Notes under the pieces: model-generated
The model's input: the letters and a program-made list of their open reading frames with translations, nothing else
Told to the model about the DNA's origin: nothing
The model's database searches: none
Part shown: positions 1-11,299 of the stretch, piece by piece
Layout of the letters: every line of letters starts with the position of its first letter
Numbering within the stretch: position 1 is the first letter of the stretch
Assembly (NCBI GenBank): GCA_963784605.1
Contig: CAWARW010000021.1
Location: forward strand, 809 to 64,808
Length of the DNA stretch: 64,000 bases
From: an uncultured Alphaproteobacteria bacterium
Lineage (GTDB): Bacteria > Pseudomonadota > Alphaproteobacteria > Rhizobiales > Kaistiaceae
Direction: 5' to 3'
Translations under genes and position numbers: made by a program

Positions 1-499
1 CCTCGCCGCCGGCACCCAGGCCGGCGTGCAGGGCGTCATCATCTACCTGCTGGTCTACATGGCCATGACGCTCGGCACCTTCGCCTGCATCCTGGCGATG
101 CGCCGGGGCGAGACCATGGTCGAGGACATCGAGGATCTCGCTGGCCTGTCGCGCACCAATCCGATGATGGCCTTCATGCTGGCCATGCTGCTCTTCTCGC
201 TCGCCGGCATTCCGCCGCTCGCCGGCTTCTTCGCCAAGTTCTACGTCTTCCTGGCGGCCATCGAATCCGGCCTCTACGTGCTGGCCGTCATCGGTGTGCT
301 GGCGAGCGTCGTGGGCGCCTACTACTACCTGCGCATCGTCAAGGTCATGTACTTCGACGAGCCGGCAGGCGGCTTCGCCCCCATGCCGACGGAGCTCAAG
401 GCGGTCCTCGGGATCAGCGGCGCCTTCATCCTGTTTTTCATTTTCATCGCGGGACAGATCGGCACAGCCGCAGAACTGGCCGCCAAGACTTTCTTCTAG
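1..499 (+). CDS. nuoN: NADH-quinone oxidoreductase subunit N, C-terminal part (5' end outside window)
   Basis: The frame is open to the window edge and stops at TAG 497-499. The polytopic membrane sequence ...[20 protein letters not shown]...[12 protein letters not shown] is typical of the NuoN/ND2 C-terminus. birA follows, as in Rhizobiales nuo operons. Confidence 0.85.
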   Translation, partial: LAAGTQAGVQGVIIYLLVYMAMTLGTFACILAMRRGETMVEDIEDLAGLSRTNPMMAFMLAMLLFSLAGIPPLAGFFAKFYVFLAAIESGLYVLAVIGVLASVVGAYYYLRIVKVMYFDEPAGGFAPMPTELKAVLGISGAFILFFIFIAGQIGTAAELAAKTFF

Positions 500-503
500 C
501 GCA

Positions 504-1266
504 ATGCCAGGCCCGCTCCCGGACGGCTATCGCCGCGAGCACCACGGCAGCCTGCCGTCCACCAACGCCCATGCGCTTGCCGCCGCGCGTGCCGGCGCCG
601 CCGGCGGTCTGTGGGTGACGGCGGGCGAGCAGACCGCCGGCCGCGGCCGCCGCGGCCGTGCCTGGACCACCGGGGCCGGCAACCTTGCCGCATCCCTGAT
701 GCTGCTCGACCCGGCGCCGCCGGAGATCGCCCCCACCGTCTCCTTCGTCGCGGCCGTGGCGCTGCATCAGGCGGCGGTCGACGTGGCCGGCCCGGCCGCG
801 GCCGAGCGCCTGGCCCTCAAATGGCCGAACGACCTGCTGCTCGACCGCGCCAAGGTCGCCGGCATCCTGATCGAAGGGGAGGAGCTGCCCTCCGGCGCCT
901 TCGCGCTGGTCATCGGCATCGGCGTCAATTGCGTGTCCCATCCTGAGATCGCCGAAGGCCAGGCGGCCGGCGACTTCGACGGCCGTGGCCTGCCGGTCGA
1001 TGCCGAGATCCTGTTCGGCCGCTGGCGGTGCGCATGAACGAGGAACTCCACTGTGGGATCACGGCCGCGGCTTTGCCGCCGTCCGCGCGGCCTGGCTTGC
1101 TCGCGCCGTCGGCATCGGCGGCCCGATCCGCGCCAATCTTGCCGAGGGCGCCGTGGTCGGGCGCTTCGAGACGCTCGATGACGGCGGGCGGCTGGTCCTT
1201 GTCCGCGAGGACGGCGCGCGTCAGGCGATCGGCGCCGGCGACGTGTTCCTTTCGGGCGGCAGGTAG
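504..1266 (+). pseudogene. birA: Biotin--[acetyl-CoA-carboxylase] ligase BirA, frameshifted as sequenced
   Basis: ATG 504. GRGRRGRAW and KWPNDLL BirA motifs lie in the frame of ORF 294..1037. The C-terminus (WDHGRGFAAVRAAWLARA...GDVFLSGGR, stop 1264-1266) is in the frame of ORF 985..1266. LAVRMNEELH appears in the third frame, so two shifts are likely around 1005-1050. Confidence 0.8.
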
Positions 1267-1272
1267 GCCGGC

Positions 1273-2950
1273 ATGCCGCGCACCCCCGAGGACGAACTGG
1301 TCTTCCTGCCGCTCGGCGGGGTCGGCGAGATCGGCATGAACCTCGGCCTCTACGGCTTCGGCCCCCGCCATGACCGCGTCTGGCTGGCGGTCGATTTCGG
1401 CGTCGCCTTCGCCCATGCCGATCTGCCCGGCGTCGATCTGGTCTTCCCCGATGTCGGCTACCTCGAGGAGGAACGCATCAACCTCCTCGGCATCGTCATC
1501 ACCCACGCCCACGAGGATCACTTCGGCGCGCTGGTCGATCTGTGGCCGCGGCTCAAGGTGCCGGTCTACGCGACGGCCTTCACCGCCAACCTGCTTGCGG
1601 CCAAGATCGCCAGCGAGCCCGACGCCCAGCCGGTGCCGGTCAACGTCGTCAAGGCCGGCGACCGCATCCCGCTCGGGCCTTTCGAGGTCGAATACATCAA
1701 CGTCACCCATTCGATCCCCGAATCCCATGCGCTCGCCATCCGCACGCCGCTCGGCCTCGTCCTGCACAGTGGCGACTGGAAGCTCGACGATCAGCCGACC
1801 GTCGGCCTGCCGACCGACGTGGCGCGGCTCAAGGCGATCGGCGAGGAAGGCGTTCTGGCGCTGATGTCGGACTCGACCAATGCCATGCGCGAAGGCCGCA
1901 GCCCGAGCGAGACCGAAGTCGCGCGCGAGCTCGCCGAGATCGTCCGCTCGGCCCGCGGCCGGCGCGTCGCCTTCACCACGTTTGCCTCCAACGTCGGGCG
2001 TTTGCGCTCGATCGCCCTTGCCGCCCGCGCGGCCGGCCGCGACGTCGTCGTCGTCGGCCGCGCCATGCGCCGGGTCATCGATGTCGCCGGCGAACTCGGC
2101 ATGCTCGACGACATGCCGCCGTTCCTCACCGAGGACGCCTACGCCTATCTGCCGCGCGACAAGGTCGTCGTGCTGCTCACCGGCAGCCAGGGCGAGCCGC
2201 GCGCCGCGCTCGCCCGCGTCGCCTTCGACGACCATCCGCGCATCGAGATGGCCGAGGGCGATATCGTCGTCTTCTCGGCGCGCGCCATCCCCGGCAACGA
2301 GTACGACATCATCCGCATCATGAATGCGCTCACCGAGCGCGGCATCCGCGTGGTCACCGACCGCGACCGGCTGGTGCACACGTCCGGCCATCCGCGCCGC
2401 GGACGAAATGCGCGAGATGTACGGCTGGCTGAAGCCGCGCATCGCCATCCCCGTCCACGGCGAGCCGATGCACCTTGCCGCCCATGCCGATCTCGCCCGC
2501 GAGCTTGGCGTCGCGGTCGTCGTCGAGGTCGAGGATGGGATCATGACGCGCCTGGCGCCCGACCCGGTGAGCCAGGTCGACGAGATCGAGGCGCGCCGGC
2601 TCTACAAGGACGGCCGGCTGATCGCCGACCTCGACGGCATCGGGGTCGTCGAGCGGCGCCGGCTGTCCTTCGTCGGCCACGTCACGGTGGCGATCGTGGT
2701 CGACGCACGCGGCGAGGTGCGCGACGAGCCGCAGGTCAACCTCGTCGGCGTCGCCCGGGCGGATGCCAGCGGCCGGCCGATGGAGGAGGCCGCCATGGAC
2801 GCGGTCATGACGACGCTGGAATCGGTGCCGCGTCCGATACGCCGCGATCCCGATGCGCTCGGCGAAGCCGTGCGCCGGGCCGTGCGCGCGGCAATCGCCC
2901 AGGCCTGGGGCAAAAAGCCCCTTTGCACCGTCTTCGTCTCGGTCGTATGA
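1273..2950 (+). pseudogene. rnj: Ribonuclease J (MBL/beta-CASP family), frameshifted as sequenced
   Basis: The N-terminus in ORF 1273.. carries the HAHEDH metallo-beta-lactamase motif. After ...LVHTSGHPRR (about 2395-2402) similarity continues in the frame of ORF 2324..2950 (DEMREMYGWLKPRIAIPVHGEP...). The stop overlaps the mce start (ATGA at 2947). Confidence 0.85.
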
Positions 2951-3363
2951 GCAGCGCGATGATCGGCCGTCTCAACCACGTGGCCATCGCCGTTACCGAC
3001 ATCGAGGCGGCCGCCGCGCTCTATCGCAACATGCTGGGCGCCACCGTCTCCGCGCCGCAGGCCCTGCCGGAGCACGGCGTCACCACGGTCTTCGTCGAAC
3101 TGCCCAATACCAAGATCGAGCTGGTCGCGCCGCTCGGCGCGCAATCGCCCTTAGCCGGCTTCCTGGAGCGCAATCCCTTCGGCGGTGTCCATCACATCTG
3201 CTACGAGGTTGCCGACGTGCGCGCCGCCAGCGCCAGCCTCAGCGCCCACGGCGCCCGCGTGCTCGGCGACGGCGAGCCGAAGATCGGCGCGCACGGCAAG
3301 CCGGTCATCTTCGTGCATCCCAAGGATTGTCTCGGCACCTTGATCGAGCTGGAACAGGCGTGA
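2947..3363 (+). CDS. mce: Methylmalonyl-CoA epimerase (glyoxalase/VOC fold)
   Basis: It forms the tail of ORF 1273..3363: MSSAMIGRLNHVAIAV...GGVHHICYEV...GKPVIFVHPKDCLGTLIELEQ. The ATG at 2947 overlaps the rnj stop. Confidence 0.85.
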   Translation: MSSAMIGRLNHVAIAVTDIEAAAALYRNMLGATVSAPQALPEHGVTTVFVELPNTKIELVAPLGAQSPLAGFLERNPFGGVHHICYEVADVRAASASLSAHGARVLGDGEPKIGAHGKPVIFVHPKDCLGTLIELEQA

Positions 3364-3382
3364 CCGCCCCGATGAGTCCATC

Positions 3383-3652
3383 ATGAACCCCATCGCCATC
3401 GTCGGCATCTTCTTCGTCGTCTGGTGGCTGGTCCTGTTCGCCATCCTGCCGTGGGGCACGCATACGCAGGACGAGGAGGGCGAGGTCGTGCTCGGCACCG
3501 CGCGCAGCGCGCCGGTGCGCCCGATGCTGGTCAGGAAGGCGATCGCTACCACCATCGTCACCGCCATCGTGGTCGGCGCGCTGGTGTTTGCCGTCGAATA
3601 TTACGGGCTGACCGTGTGGAGCGTGGCGGACTGGTTCGACCTCCGCCAATAG
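3383..3652 (+). CDS. DUF1467 family small membrane protein
   Basis: An 89-aa ORF with two hydrophobic helices. It lies immediately downstream of mce, as in many Rhizobiales. Confidence 0.7.
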   Translation: MNPIAIVGIFFVVWWLVLFAILPWGTHTQDEEGEVVLGTARSAPVRPMLVRKAIATTIVTAIVVGALVFAVEYYGLTVWSVADWFDLRQ

Positions 3653-3683
3653 AGAAAAAAGCAAGGCCGCATAGCGGCCTTGC
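3653..3683 (-). terminator. Intrinsic terminator read on the minus strand
   Basis: A perfect 10-bp stem gcaaggccgc/gcggccttgc (3661-3683, 3-nt loop) is preceded on the plus strand by aaaaaa. On the minus strand this reads as hairpin followed by a U-run. No T-run follows it on the plus strand. Confidence 0.55.
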
Positions 3684-3724
3684 TCGCCTAGTTCCGCGTC
3701 TCTAGCCCTTCGTGCGGCGTCCCC

Positions 3725-3752
3725 GGTCCAATTGGCTTGTTGGACCTTTTTT
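3725..3752 (+). terminator. Intrinsic terminator of the mce-DUF1467 transcription unit
   Basis: Stem ggtccaa/ttggacc with an 8-nt loop, followed by tttttt (3747-3752). Confidence 0.6.
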
Positions 3753-3833
3753 GGACTGCCGCGGCGGCTGCCTCATCGGCGCGCCTGAAGGGATCTTCCT
3801 CCCAAGACTTAGACCGCGATGCCGTTCTTATTC

Positions 3834-3874
3834 GACGGTGACCGGCTCCCACCGGACCCGTCTTTTCTTATTTT
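3834..3874 (+). terminator. Second plus-strand terminator-like hairpin with a T-rich tail (possible sRNA 3' end)
   Basis: Outer stem gacgg/ccgtc and inner stem ccgg/ccgg, followed by cttttcttatttt. No ORF lies between this hairpin and the terminator at 3725-3752. Confidence 0.35.
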
Positions 3875-4078
3875 CCGACCCTATCCAAAGTCGCGGGCTT
3901 TGTCACCATTTTGTGCGTCACCGCCTAATCTTTTTGCACAAATCAAATGATGGGCGCCATATGCCGCCGGGGCGGTCGCGCAGGGCCTCGCAGGCCGCCC
4001 CCGCGACGGCAAAAGGGCTTGTGTTTTCATGAGCATGTCGTTTGACTGCGCCGCCGCACCCGCTCCGGAGGTTATCTG

Positions 4079-5401
4079 ATGCGCCTGTCCCGCTATTTCC
4101 TGCCCATCCTGCGCGAGGCGCCACGCGAGGCAGAGATCGTCTCCCACCGGCTGATGCTGCGGGCAGGCCTCATACGGCAACAGGCGGCGGGCATCTACTC
4201 GTGGTTGCCGCTCGGTGCGCGGGTTCTCGCCAAAATCGGCCAAATCGTGCGCGAAGAGCAGGATCGTTCGGGCGCCATCGAGATCCTCATGCCGACCATC
4301 CAGTCCGCCGACCTGTGGCGCGAGAGCGGCCGCTACGAGGACTACGGCAAGGAGATGCTGCGAATCACCGACCGGCACGAGCGCGACATGCTCTACGGGC
4401 CGACCAACGAGGAGATGGTGACGGAGATTTTCCGCGCCTACGTCAGCAGCTACCGGGCGCTTCCGCTCAACCTCTATCATATCCAGTGGAAGTTCCGCGA
4501 CGAGGTGCGGCCGCGCTTCGGCGTGCTGCGCGGGCGCGAGTTCCTCATGAAAGATGCCTATTCTTTCGACATCGACGAGGCGGCGGCGCGGGTCTCCTAC
4601 AACAAGATGTTCGTCGCCTATCTGCGCACCTTCAAGCGCATGGGGCTGACGGCGATTCCGATGCGCGCCGAGACCGGCCCGATCGGCGGCGATCTCAGCC
4701 ACGAATTCCTGGTCTTGGCGGATACCGGCGAATCGGGCGTCTATTGCGACAGGAACATCCTCGACCTGCCGGTTCCCGGCGAGGACGTGAACTACGATGC
4801 GGACCTCGAACCCCTGATCGCGCCCTGGACCTCCTTCTATGCGGCGACCGAAGACGTGCACGATGCGGCGCGCTTCGAGCGCGAGGTGCCGGCGGAGCGC
4901 CGGCTCAACACGCGCGGCATCGAGGTCGGCCAGATCTTCTATTTCGGCACCAAATATTCGGTGCCGATGAAGGCGGTGGTCTCCGGGCCGGACGGCGCCG
5001 AACGCCCCATTCACGGCGGCTCCTACGGCATCGGCGTGTCGCGCCTGGTGGCGGCGATCATCGAGGCCAGCCACGACGATGCCGGCATCATCTGGCCGGA
5101 CAGCGTCGCGCCGTTCCAGGTCGGCCTGATCAACCTCAAGGCCGGCGATGCGGCGGTCGACGCGGCCTGCGACACACTGCACGAGCGCCTTACGAATGCC
5201 GGGGTCTCGGTGCTCTACGATGATCTCGACCAGCGCGCCGGCGCCAAATTCGCGTCCATGGACCTGATCGGCCTGCCCTGGCAGGTCATCGTCGGGCCGA
5301 AGGGGCTGGAGAAGGGCGAGGTCGAGGTCAAGCGGCGGGCCACCGGCGAACGCGAGACGATGAGCCTGGAAGCGGCGGTGAACCGGATGACCGCCGCCTG
5401 A
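4079..5401 (+). CDS. proS: Proline--tRNA ligase
   Basis: An intact 440-aa ORF: [34 protein letters not shown]... It is a class II aaRS of the short alphaproteobacterial type with no large editing insertion. Confidence 0.95.
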   Translation: MRLSRYFLPILREAPREAEIVSHRLMLRAGLIRQQAAGIYSWLPLGARVLAKIGQIVREEQDRSGAIEILMPTIQSADLWRESGRYEDYGKEMLRITDRHERDMLYGPTNEEMVTEIFRAYVSSYRALPLNLYHIQWKFRDEVRPRFGVLRGREFLMKDAYSFDIDEAAARVSYNKMFVAYLRTFKRMGLTAIPMRAETGPIGGDLSHEFLVLADTGESGVYCDRNILDLPVPGEDVNYDADLEPLIAPWTSFYAATEDVHDAARFEREVPAERRLNTRGIEVGQIFYFGTKYSVPMKAVVSGPDGAERPIHGGSYGIGVSRLVAAIIEASHDDAGIIWPDSVAPFQVGLINLKAGDAAVDAACDTLHERLTNAGVSVLYDDLDQRAGAKFASMDLIGLPWQVIVGPKGLEKGEVEVKRRATGERETMSLEAAVNRMTAA

Positions 5402-5412
5402 GGAGACAGCGC

Positions 5413-6706
5413 ATGGCCACAGGAACCGAGGGCGAGGGCGGCGCTTCCGACCGGGACACGGCCTTTCGCCCGGTTCGAATGGGCGCTCGCCGGACGCTAT
5501 CTCCGGTCGCGCCGGCGCGAGGCGTTCATCTCCGTCATCGCCGGCTTCTCCTTCATCGGCATCATGCTCGGCGTTGCCACGCTGATCATCGTCATGGCGG
5601 TGATGAACGGCTTCCGCCAGGAGCTGATCAGCAAGATCCTCGGGCTCAACGGCCACATCATCGTCCAGGCGATGGACACCAAGCTGACCGACTATGCCGA
5701 AGTCGCCCAGCGCATTGCGGCGGTGCCCGGCGTCAAGTCGGCGATCCCGCTGGTCGAAGGGCAGGCGCTGGCGAGCGGTGTCAACACCTCCAGCGGCGTT
5801 CTGGTGCGCGGCATCCGCCAGCAGGACCTGCCCAAGGTGTCCGGCATCTACAACAACGTCCGCCTCGGCACCCTCGACAACTTCGACCAGTCGCACGGCG
5901 TCGCCATCGGCACGCGGCTGGCCACCCAGCTCGGCCTCTCGATCGGCGACAAGCTGACCCTGGTCACGCCGCGCGGCAGCGTCACCCCCATGGGCGTGGC
6001 GCCGCGCATCATCGCCTATCCGGTGGTGGCGATCTTCGAGATCGGCATGTCGGAATACAATTCGACCGTCGTCATCCTGCCGTTCTCCGACGCGCAGCTC
6101 TATTTCAACCTCGACGACGAGGCGAGCGCGGTCGAGGTCTATCTCAACAATGCCGACATGGTCGATGCCATGCGGCCGGCGATCGAGCGCGCCGCCAACC
6201 GCCAGGTGCTGCTCACCTCCTGGCAGGAGCGCAACGCCACCTTCTTCTCCGCCCTCGAGGTGGAGAAGAACGTCATGTTCCTGATCCTCACCCTGATCGT
6301 GCTGGTGGCGGCGCTGAACATCATCTCCGGCCTCACCATGCTGGTGAAGGACAAGGGCCACGACATCGCCATCCTGCGCACCATGGGCGCGACGCGCGGC
6401 GCCATCATGCGCGTGTTCTTCATCACCGGCGCCTCGATCGGCACGGTGGGCACGCTGGCCGGCGTGCTGCTCGGCGTCGCCGTCAACCTCAACATCGAGT
6501 CGATCCGCCAGTTCCTGTCGGCGCTGACGCAGACCGAGCTGTTCTCGCCGGAGCTCTATTTCCTGAGCAAGCTGCCGGCCGAGATGGACCCCCGCGAGAC
6601 GATCACCGTGGTGGTGATGGCGCTGGCCCTGTCGTTCCTGGCGACCCTCTATCCGGCCTGGCGGGCGGCACGCCTCGATCCGGTCGAGGCGCTGCGTTAC
6701 GAATGA
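5413..6706 (+). pseudogene. Lipoprotein-releasing ABC transporter permease (LolC/LolE family), N-terminal frameshift as sequenced
   Basis: The frame of ORF 5564..6706 extends upstream through [32 protein letters not shown], but there is no start codon in that frame after the proS stop. The only nearby ATG (5413) is in another frame, so a shift is likely between 5413 and about 5470. Confidence 0.8.
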
Positions 6707-7489
6707 ACGCACCCGCTCCTCACTCCACCGAAGCCAACGTCCGCCGGGCGGCGGCACCGCGGCCGGTGCTGCGCCTCGATGGCGTGGAGCGTCACTATCG
6801 CGAGGGCGAGGGAAAGCTGACCGTGCTCAACGGCGCCGATCTGTCGATCTTCCCGGGCGAACTGGTGGCGCTGGTGGCGCCGTCGGGCGCCGGCAAGTCG
6901 ACCCTGCTGCACATGGCCGGCCTGCTCGAGCGGCCGGACGGCGGCGAGGTGGTGATCGGCGGCCGCGCCACCGGCAAGCTCAGCGATGCCGACCGCACCA
7001 TGTTCCGCCGCCTGCACATCGGCTTCGTCTATCAGTTCCACCACCTGCTGCCCGAGTTCTCGGCGCTCGAAAACGTGATGATGCCGCAGCTCATCCGCGG
7101 CATCGACCGCCGCGAGGCCAGGCGGCGCTCCATGCAGCTTCTCGCCTACATGCGGGTGAAGGAGCGCGGCCGAACATCGTCCGGGCAGAGCTTTCCGGTG
7201 GTGAGCAACAGCGGGTCGCCATCGCCCGCGCCGTTGCCAACGGTCCCGGCTGCTGCTCGCCGACGAGCCCACCGGCAACCTCGACCCGACCACGGCGGAT
7301 TTCGTCTTCGACGGCCTCACCCGGCTGGTGCGCGCCTCGCGGCTGGCGGCGCTTATCGCCACCCACAATCACGATCTCGCCCGGCGCATGGATCGCGTCA
7401 TCACGCTGATCGACGGCAAGGTCTACGAGGTCACCCGCGAGGCGGGCGGCGACGCCGGGGCGCCGGCGCAGGCGGCGGGCGAGGGCTGA
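6703..7489 (+). pseudogene. lolD: Lipoprotein-releasing ABC transporter ATP-binding protein LolD, frameshifted as sequenced
   Basis: ATG 6703 overlaps the lolE stop. Walker A is PSGAGKST. The signature [19 protein letters not shown] appears in a second frame from about 7165-7195. [13 protein letters not shown]...DGKVYEV is in a third frame from about 7250, with stop 7487-7489. Confidence 0.85.
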
Positions 7490-7516
7490 AGCGGCCGCGG
7501 CGCGGGTGCCGCGCTG

Positions 7517-7531
7517 GAACAGACCCGGAAC
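7517..7531 (+). promoter_or_regulatory. Candidate alphaproteobacterial LexA (SOS) box upstream of ku
   Basis: ggaacagacccggaac matches GAAC-N7-GAAC exactly. It sits between the lolD stop and the ku start, about 145 nt upstream of ku. A chance match cannot be excluded. Confidence 0.3.
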
Positions 7532-7674
7532 GCCCATCAACTTTCCGTTGGGAGTTTGAGCATTAACCTGCTGCGGCGTAGTCTCCGCGTCTTGCGGCGG
7601 AACCGGCCGGCTGGGCCTGCGTTCCCGACATGAGCTTCCGCGACTTCGGTTTCGCGTATCGGAGGAGAATGAGC

Positions 7675-8651
7675 ATGGCCGCGCGTGCGTATTGGCAGGG
7701 CCAGATCCGGCTGGCGCTGGTTTCGATCCCGGTTCAGGTGTTCCCGGCGACCAAGAGCGCGGCGCGCATCTCGTTCAACCAGATCCACAAGCCGAGCGGC
7801 AAGCGCATCCGCTACGAGAAGGTGGTGCCCGGCCTCGGCGCCGTCGATCCTGAGGACATCGTCAAGGGCTACGAGGTGGAGAAGGGCAAGTACGTCCTCA
7901 TCACCGACGACGAGATCAGCGACGTCAAGCTCGAAGCGAAGCACACCATCGATCTCGTCCAGTTCGTCGACCAGGACGAGATCGACAGCATCTATTTCGA
8001 GAAACCCTATTTCGTCTCGCCCGACGAGGACGAGGTCGCCGGCGAAGCCTACGTGGTGCTGCGCGACGCGCTGAAGGCGACCAGGAAGATCGGCCTCGGC
8101 CAGCTGGTCGCCCGCGGGCAGGCGAGCATCGTGGCGCTCCGGCCCGCCGGCAAGGGACTGGTGATCGAGACCGTGCGCTATGCCGACGAACTGCAGAACC
8201 CGGAGCAGTTCTTCACCACCGTCCCCGGCACCAAGCCGGAGAAGGAGCTCTTGTCGCTGGCGACCGAGCTCATCGAGCGCAAGGTCAAGCCGTTCGAGCC
8301 CAGGGCCTTCAAGAACCAGTACGAGATCGCGCTCCGCGAACTGATCGACGCCAAGCTCGAGAACCGCCCGCCGCAGGACATCGAGGAGCCGCAGGTCGGC
8401 GGCAAGGTGATCGACCTCATGGAAGCGCTGAAGCGCAGCGTCAAGGAGCGTCAGGCTTCCGGCAGCGGCAAGGCGAGCGCCAACGGCAACGCCGCGCGCA
8501 AGGCGGCCGCCGCCAGCGCCACGACGCCGACCAGGAAGAGCAAGCCCGAGGCCAAGACCGCCAAGACCACCGGCCGGCGAAATCGACCAAGTCCGCCAAG
8601 ACGGCGAAGAAGACGGCCAAGACCCCGGCAAAGAAGCGGCGCGCCGCCTGA
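7675..8651 (+). pseudogene. ku: Ku protein (NHEJ DNA end-binding), C-terminal tail frameshifted as sequenced
   Basis: MAARAYWQGQIRLALVSIPVQVFPA... has the Ku core. ggaggag lies 7 nt before ATG 7675. Around 8572-8580 the frame shifts, and the alternative frame gives the lysine-rich tail PAKSTKSAKTAKKTAKTPAKKRRAA with stop 8649-8651. Confidence 0.85.
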
Positions 8652-8736
8652 GACGGGTCGCATCGATCGGACGATACGGGCCGCGATGCGGAGCGCGGTC
8701 TCGTCTCACAGTGCCCATTCATCCTAGGCTGCCGAC

Positions 8737-11299
8737 ATGGCCGACCGCCTCGCCACCTATCGCGCCAAGCGCGACTTCGCCAGGACCGCCGAGCCCGGCG
8801 GCAGCGCCTCCGACCGGTCGGGCGGCGGCAACCGCTACCTGATCCAGAAGCACGACGCCACGCGGATGCACTTCGACTTCCGCCTTGAACGCGACGGCGT
8901 GCTCATGTCGTGGGCGGTGCCCAACGGGCCGAGCTACGACCCGGCCGACAGGCGGCTTGCCGTCCACGTCGAGGATCACCCGCTCGACTACGGCGACTTC
9001 GAGGGGACCATCCCCAAGGGCAACTACGGCGGCGGCACGGTGATGCTGTGGGACGAGGGGACCTGGGAGCCGGTCGGCAATGCCGATGAGGGCCTCCGCA
9101 AGGGCGACCTCAAGTTCATCCTCCACGGTCGGCGGCTGCGCGGCAAATGGGTGCTGGTGCGCATGAAGCCGAAGAAGGGCGAGCGCTCCAAGCACGAGAA
9201 CTGGCTGCTCATCAAGGAGAAGGACGATTTCGCCGGGCCGGAGAAGACACCGGTCGTCGCGCGCGGCCTGACCAGCGTGCGCACCGGCCGGACCATGGAA
9301 GAGATCGCCGCCGGCAATGTCGAATGGGTCGAGGGCTTCCGCTTCAAGGAGGCGAAGCCCGGCGAAGAGAAGCGCGCCGGGCGGGGCGCGCGCCGACGAG
9401 CCGCCCGCCTTCGTTGCGCCGCAGCTTGCCACGCCGGCCGAGGCGCCGCCCTCCGGCGACGGCTGGCTGCACGAGATCAAGTTCGACGGCTACCGCGCCA
9501 TCGCCGCGGTCGGTGGCGGCCGCGCCCGCGTCTTCACCCGCACCGGCCTCGACTGGACCGACCGGTTCAAGCCGATCGTCTGGCCGCTGGCCGACCTGCC
9601 GTGCCGCTCGGCGCTCATCGACGGCGAGGCCGTCGTGCGCGATGCCGAGGGGCGCAGCAGCTTCGGCCGGCTGCAGGAATCGATCGCCGAGGGCCGCGAC
9701 GACATCGCCTATTACGCCTTCGACCTGCTGGCCCTCGACGGCGAGGACCTGCGCCGGAAGCCGCTGACCGAGCGCAAGGCGCGGCTGGCCGCGCTGCTCG
9801 AAGGGCAGCCCGCCGGCGGCCCGATCTTCTATTCCGATCATGTCGTCGGCCACGGCGCCGAGACCTTCGCCCGCGCCTGCGAGATGGAGCTCGAAGGCAT
9901 CGTCTCCAAGCGCGCCGATACGCCCTATCGCTCCGAGCGCACCAAGAGCTGGCTCAAGATCAAATGCGGCCGCGGCCAGGAACTGATCGTCATCGGCTGG
10001 CAGCCCTCCACGGTGCGCGACCGTCCGTTCTCCTCGCTCCTCGTCGCCACCCGCGACGAGGACCGGCTGACCTATCGCGGCAAGGTCGGTACCGGCTTCG
10101 GCGCGCGCGAGTTCGACCGGCTGTGGCCGGAACTGGAGAAGCGCCAGGCGAAGGCACCGCCGGCCGACGACGTGCCCGCCGCCATCCGGCGGAAGGCCCG
10201 CTTCGTCGATCCCGAACTGGTGATCGAGGTCTCCTTCGCCGGCTGGACCGAGGAAGGCTACGTCCGCCACGCCGCCTTCAAGGGCCTGCGCCGCGACAAG
10301 CCCGCCGCCGCGGTCCGCCGCGAGACGCCCGCCGCCAAGCCGGCGCCGCAGCGCCGCCGCGGAGCGGAACCATCCGCCGTGGTATCGATTGACAGCGCCA
10401 GGGACGATGGTGCCATGGAGATCGAAAACGTCCGGGTGACGCACCCCGACCGGGTGGTGTTCGCCGGCCAGAAAATCACCAAGCGGCGGCTGATCGACTA
10501 CTATCTGTCGGTCAGCGAGCGCATCCTGCCGCATGTCGCCGACCGGCCGCTCAGCCTGGTGCGCTTCCCCTCCGGCGCCGAAGGCGACGGCTTCTTCCAG
10601 AAGCACGCTTCGCCCGGCTTTCCCGACGCCTTCAAGCCGATCACGATCAAGGAGAAGGAAGGCAAGGGGCAGTATCTCTACATCGCCGACGAGCGCGGCC
10701 TGATCGCCGCCGTGCAGATGGGCGTGCTCGAACTGCACATCTGGGGCGCCCACAACAAGACGCTGGAGAAGCCCGACCGGCTGGTCTTCGACCTCGATCC
10801 GGACGAGGCGGTGGACTTCGCCACGGTCCGCGATTCCGCCCGCGAGATGCGCGACCGCCTCAGGCATCTCGACCTGGAATCGTTTCCCATGGCGACCGGC
10901 GGCAAGGGCATTCACGTCGTCGTGCCGCTGACGCCCCATCACGGCTGGGACGACCTCCGCGCCTTCGCCGAGGCGATGGCGCGCACGCTCGCCGCCGAAC
11001 ATCCGGATCGCTATCTCGCCGAAATGTCGAAGGCACGGCGCAAGGGCCGCATCTTCATCGACTACCTGCGCAACGCCCGCGGGGCCACCGCGATCGCCCC
11101 GTTCTCGACCCGCGCCCGCAAGGGCGCGCCGCTCGCCTGGCCGGTGTCGTGGAGCGCGCTGGCGCGCCTGCCGAGCGCCCACGAGGCCACGGTGGAAAAC
11201 GCCGGCACGTTGCTGGCACGGCAGAAGAAGGATCCGTGGGCCGGCTATTTCGACGTCGATCAGGTGCTGCCGCTGGAGCGGCTGAGCAAGAAGAAGTAG
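8737..11299 (+). pseudogene. ligD: Multidomain ATP-dependent DNA ligase LigD (phosphoesterase-ligase-polymerase), frameshifted in a linker
   Basis: The PE domain is in ORF 8737.. (YLIQKHDATRMHFDFRLE). The ligase domain (WLHEIKFDGYR) and the polymerase/primase domain (VVFDLDP...GGKGIHVVVPL) are in ORF 9317..11299. The frames switch within the linker, around 9320-9390. Confidence 0.9.

Noticed and set aside
925-2544. A 539-aa minus-strand ORF overlapping birA and rnj.
   Set aside because: It is antisense to two genes with clear family motifs. The translation is Ala/Arg/Gly/Asp-rich low-complexity sequence typical of high-GC shadow ORFs, and it has no recognisable motif.
1273-3363. A single 696-aa ORF.
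   Set aside because: It is a chimera. It combines the RNase J N-terminus, an out-of-frame Arg/Pro-rich stretch created by the frameshift around 2398, and then the in-frame methylmalonyl-CoA epimerase. It was called as two genes instead.
3881-6757. A 958-aa minus-strand ORF spanning proS and the lol permease.
   Set aside because: It is antisense to intact proS. Its composition is dominated by R/A/G/D/H repeats, so it is a shadow ORF.
5413-7566. A single 717-aa ORF.
   Set aside because: Its first roughly 430 codons are the lol permease read out of frame (Arg/His-rich nonsense). Only the lolD N-terminal half (from 6703) is genuine in this frame.
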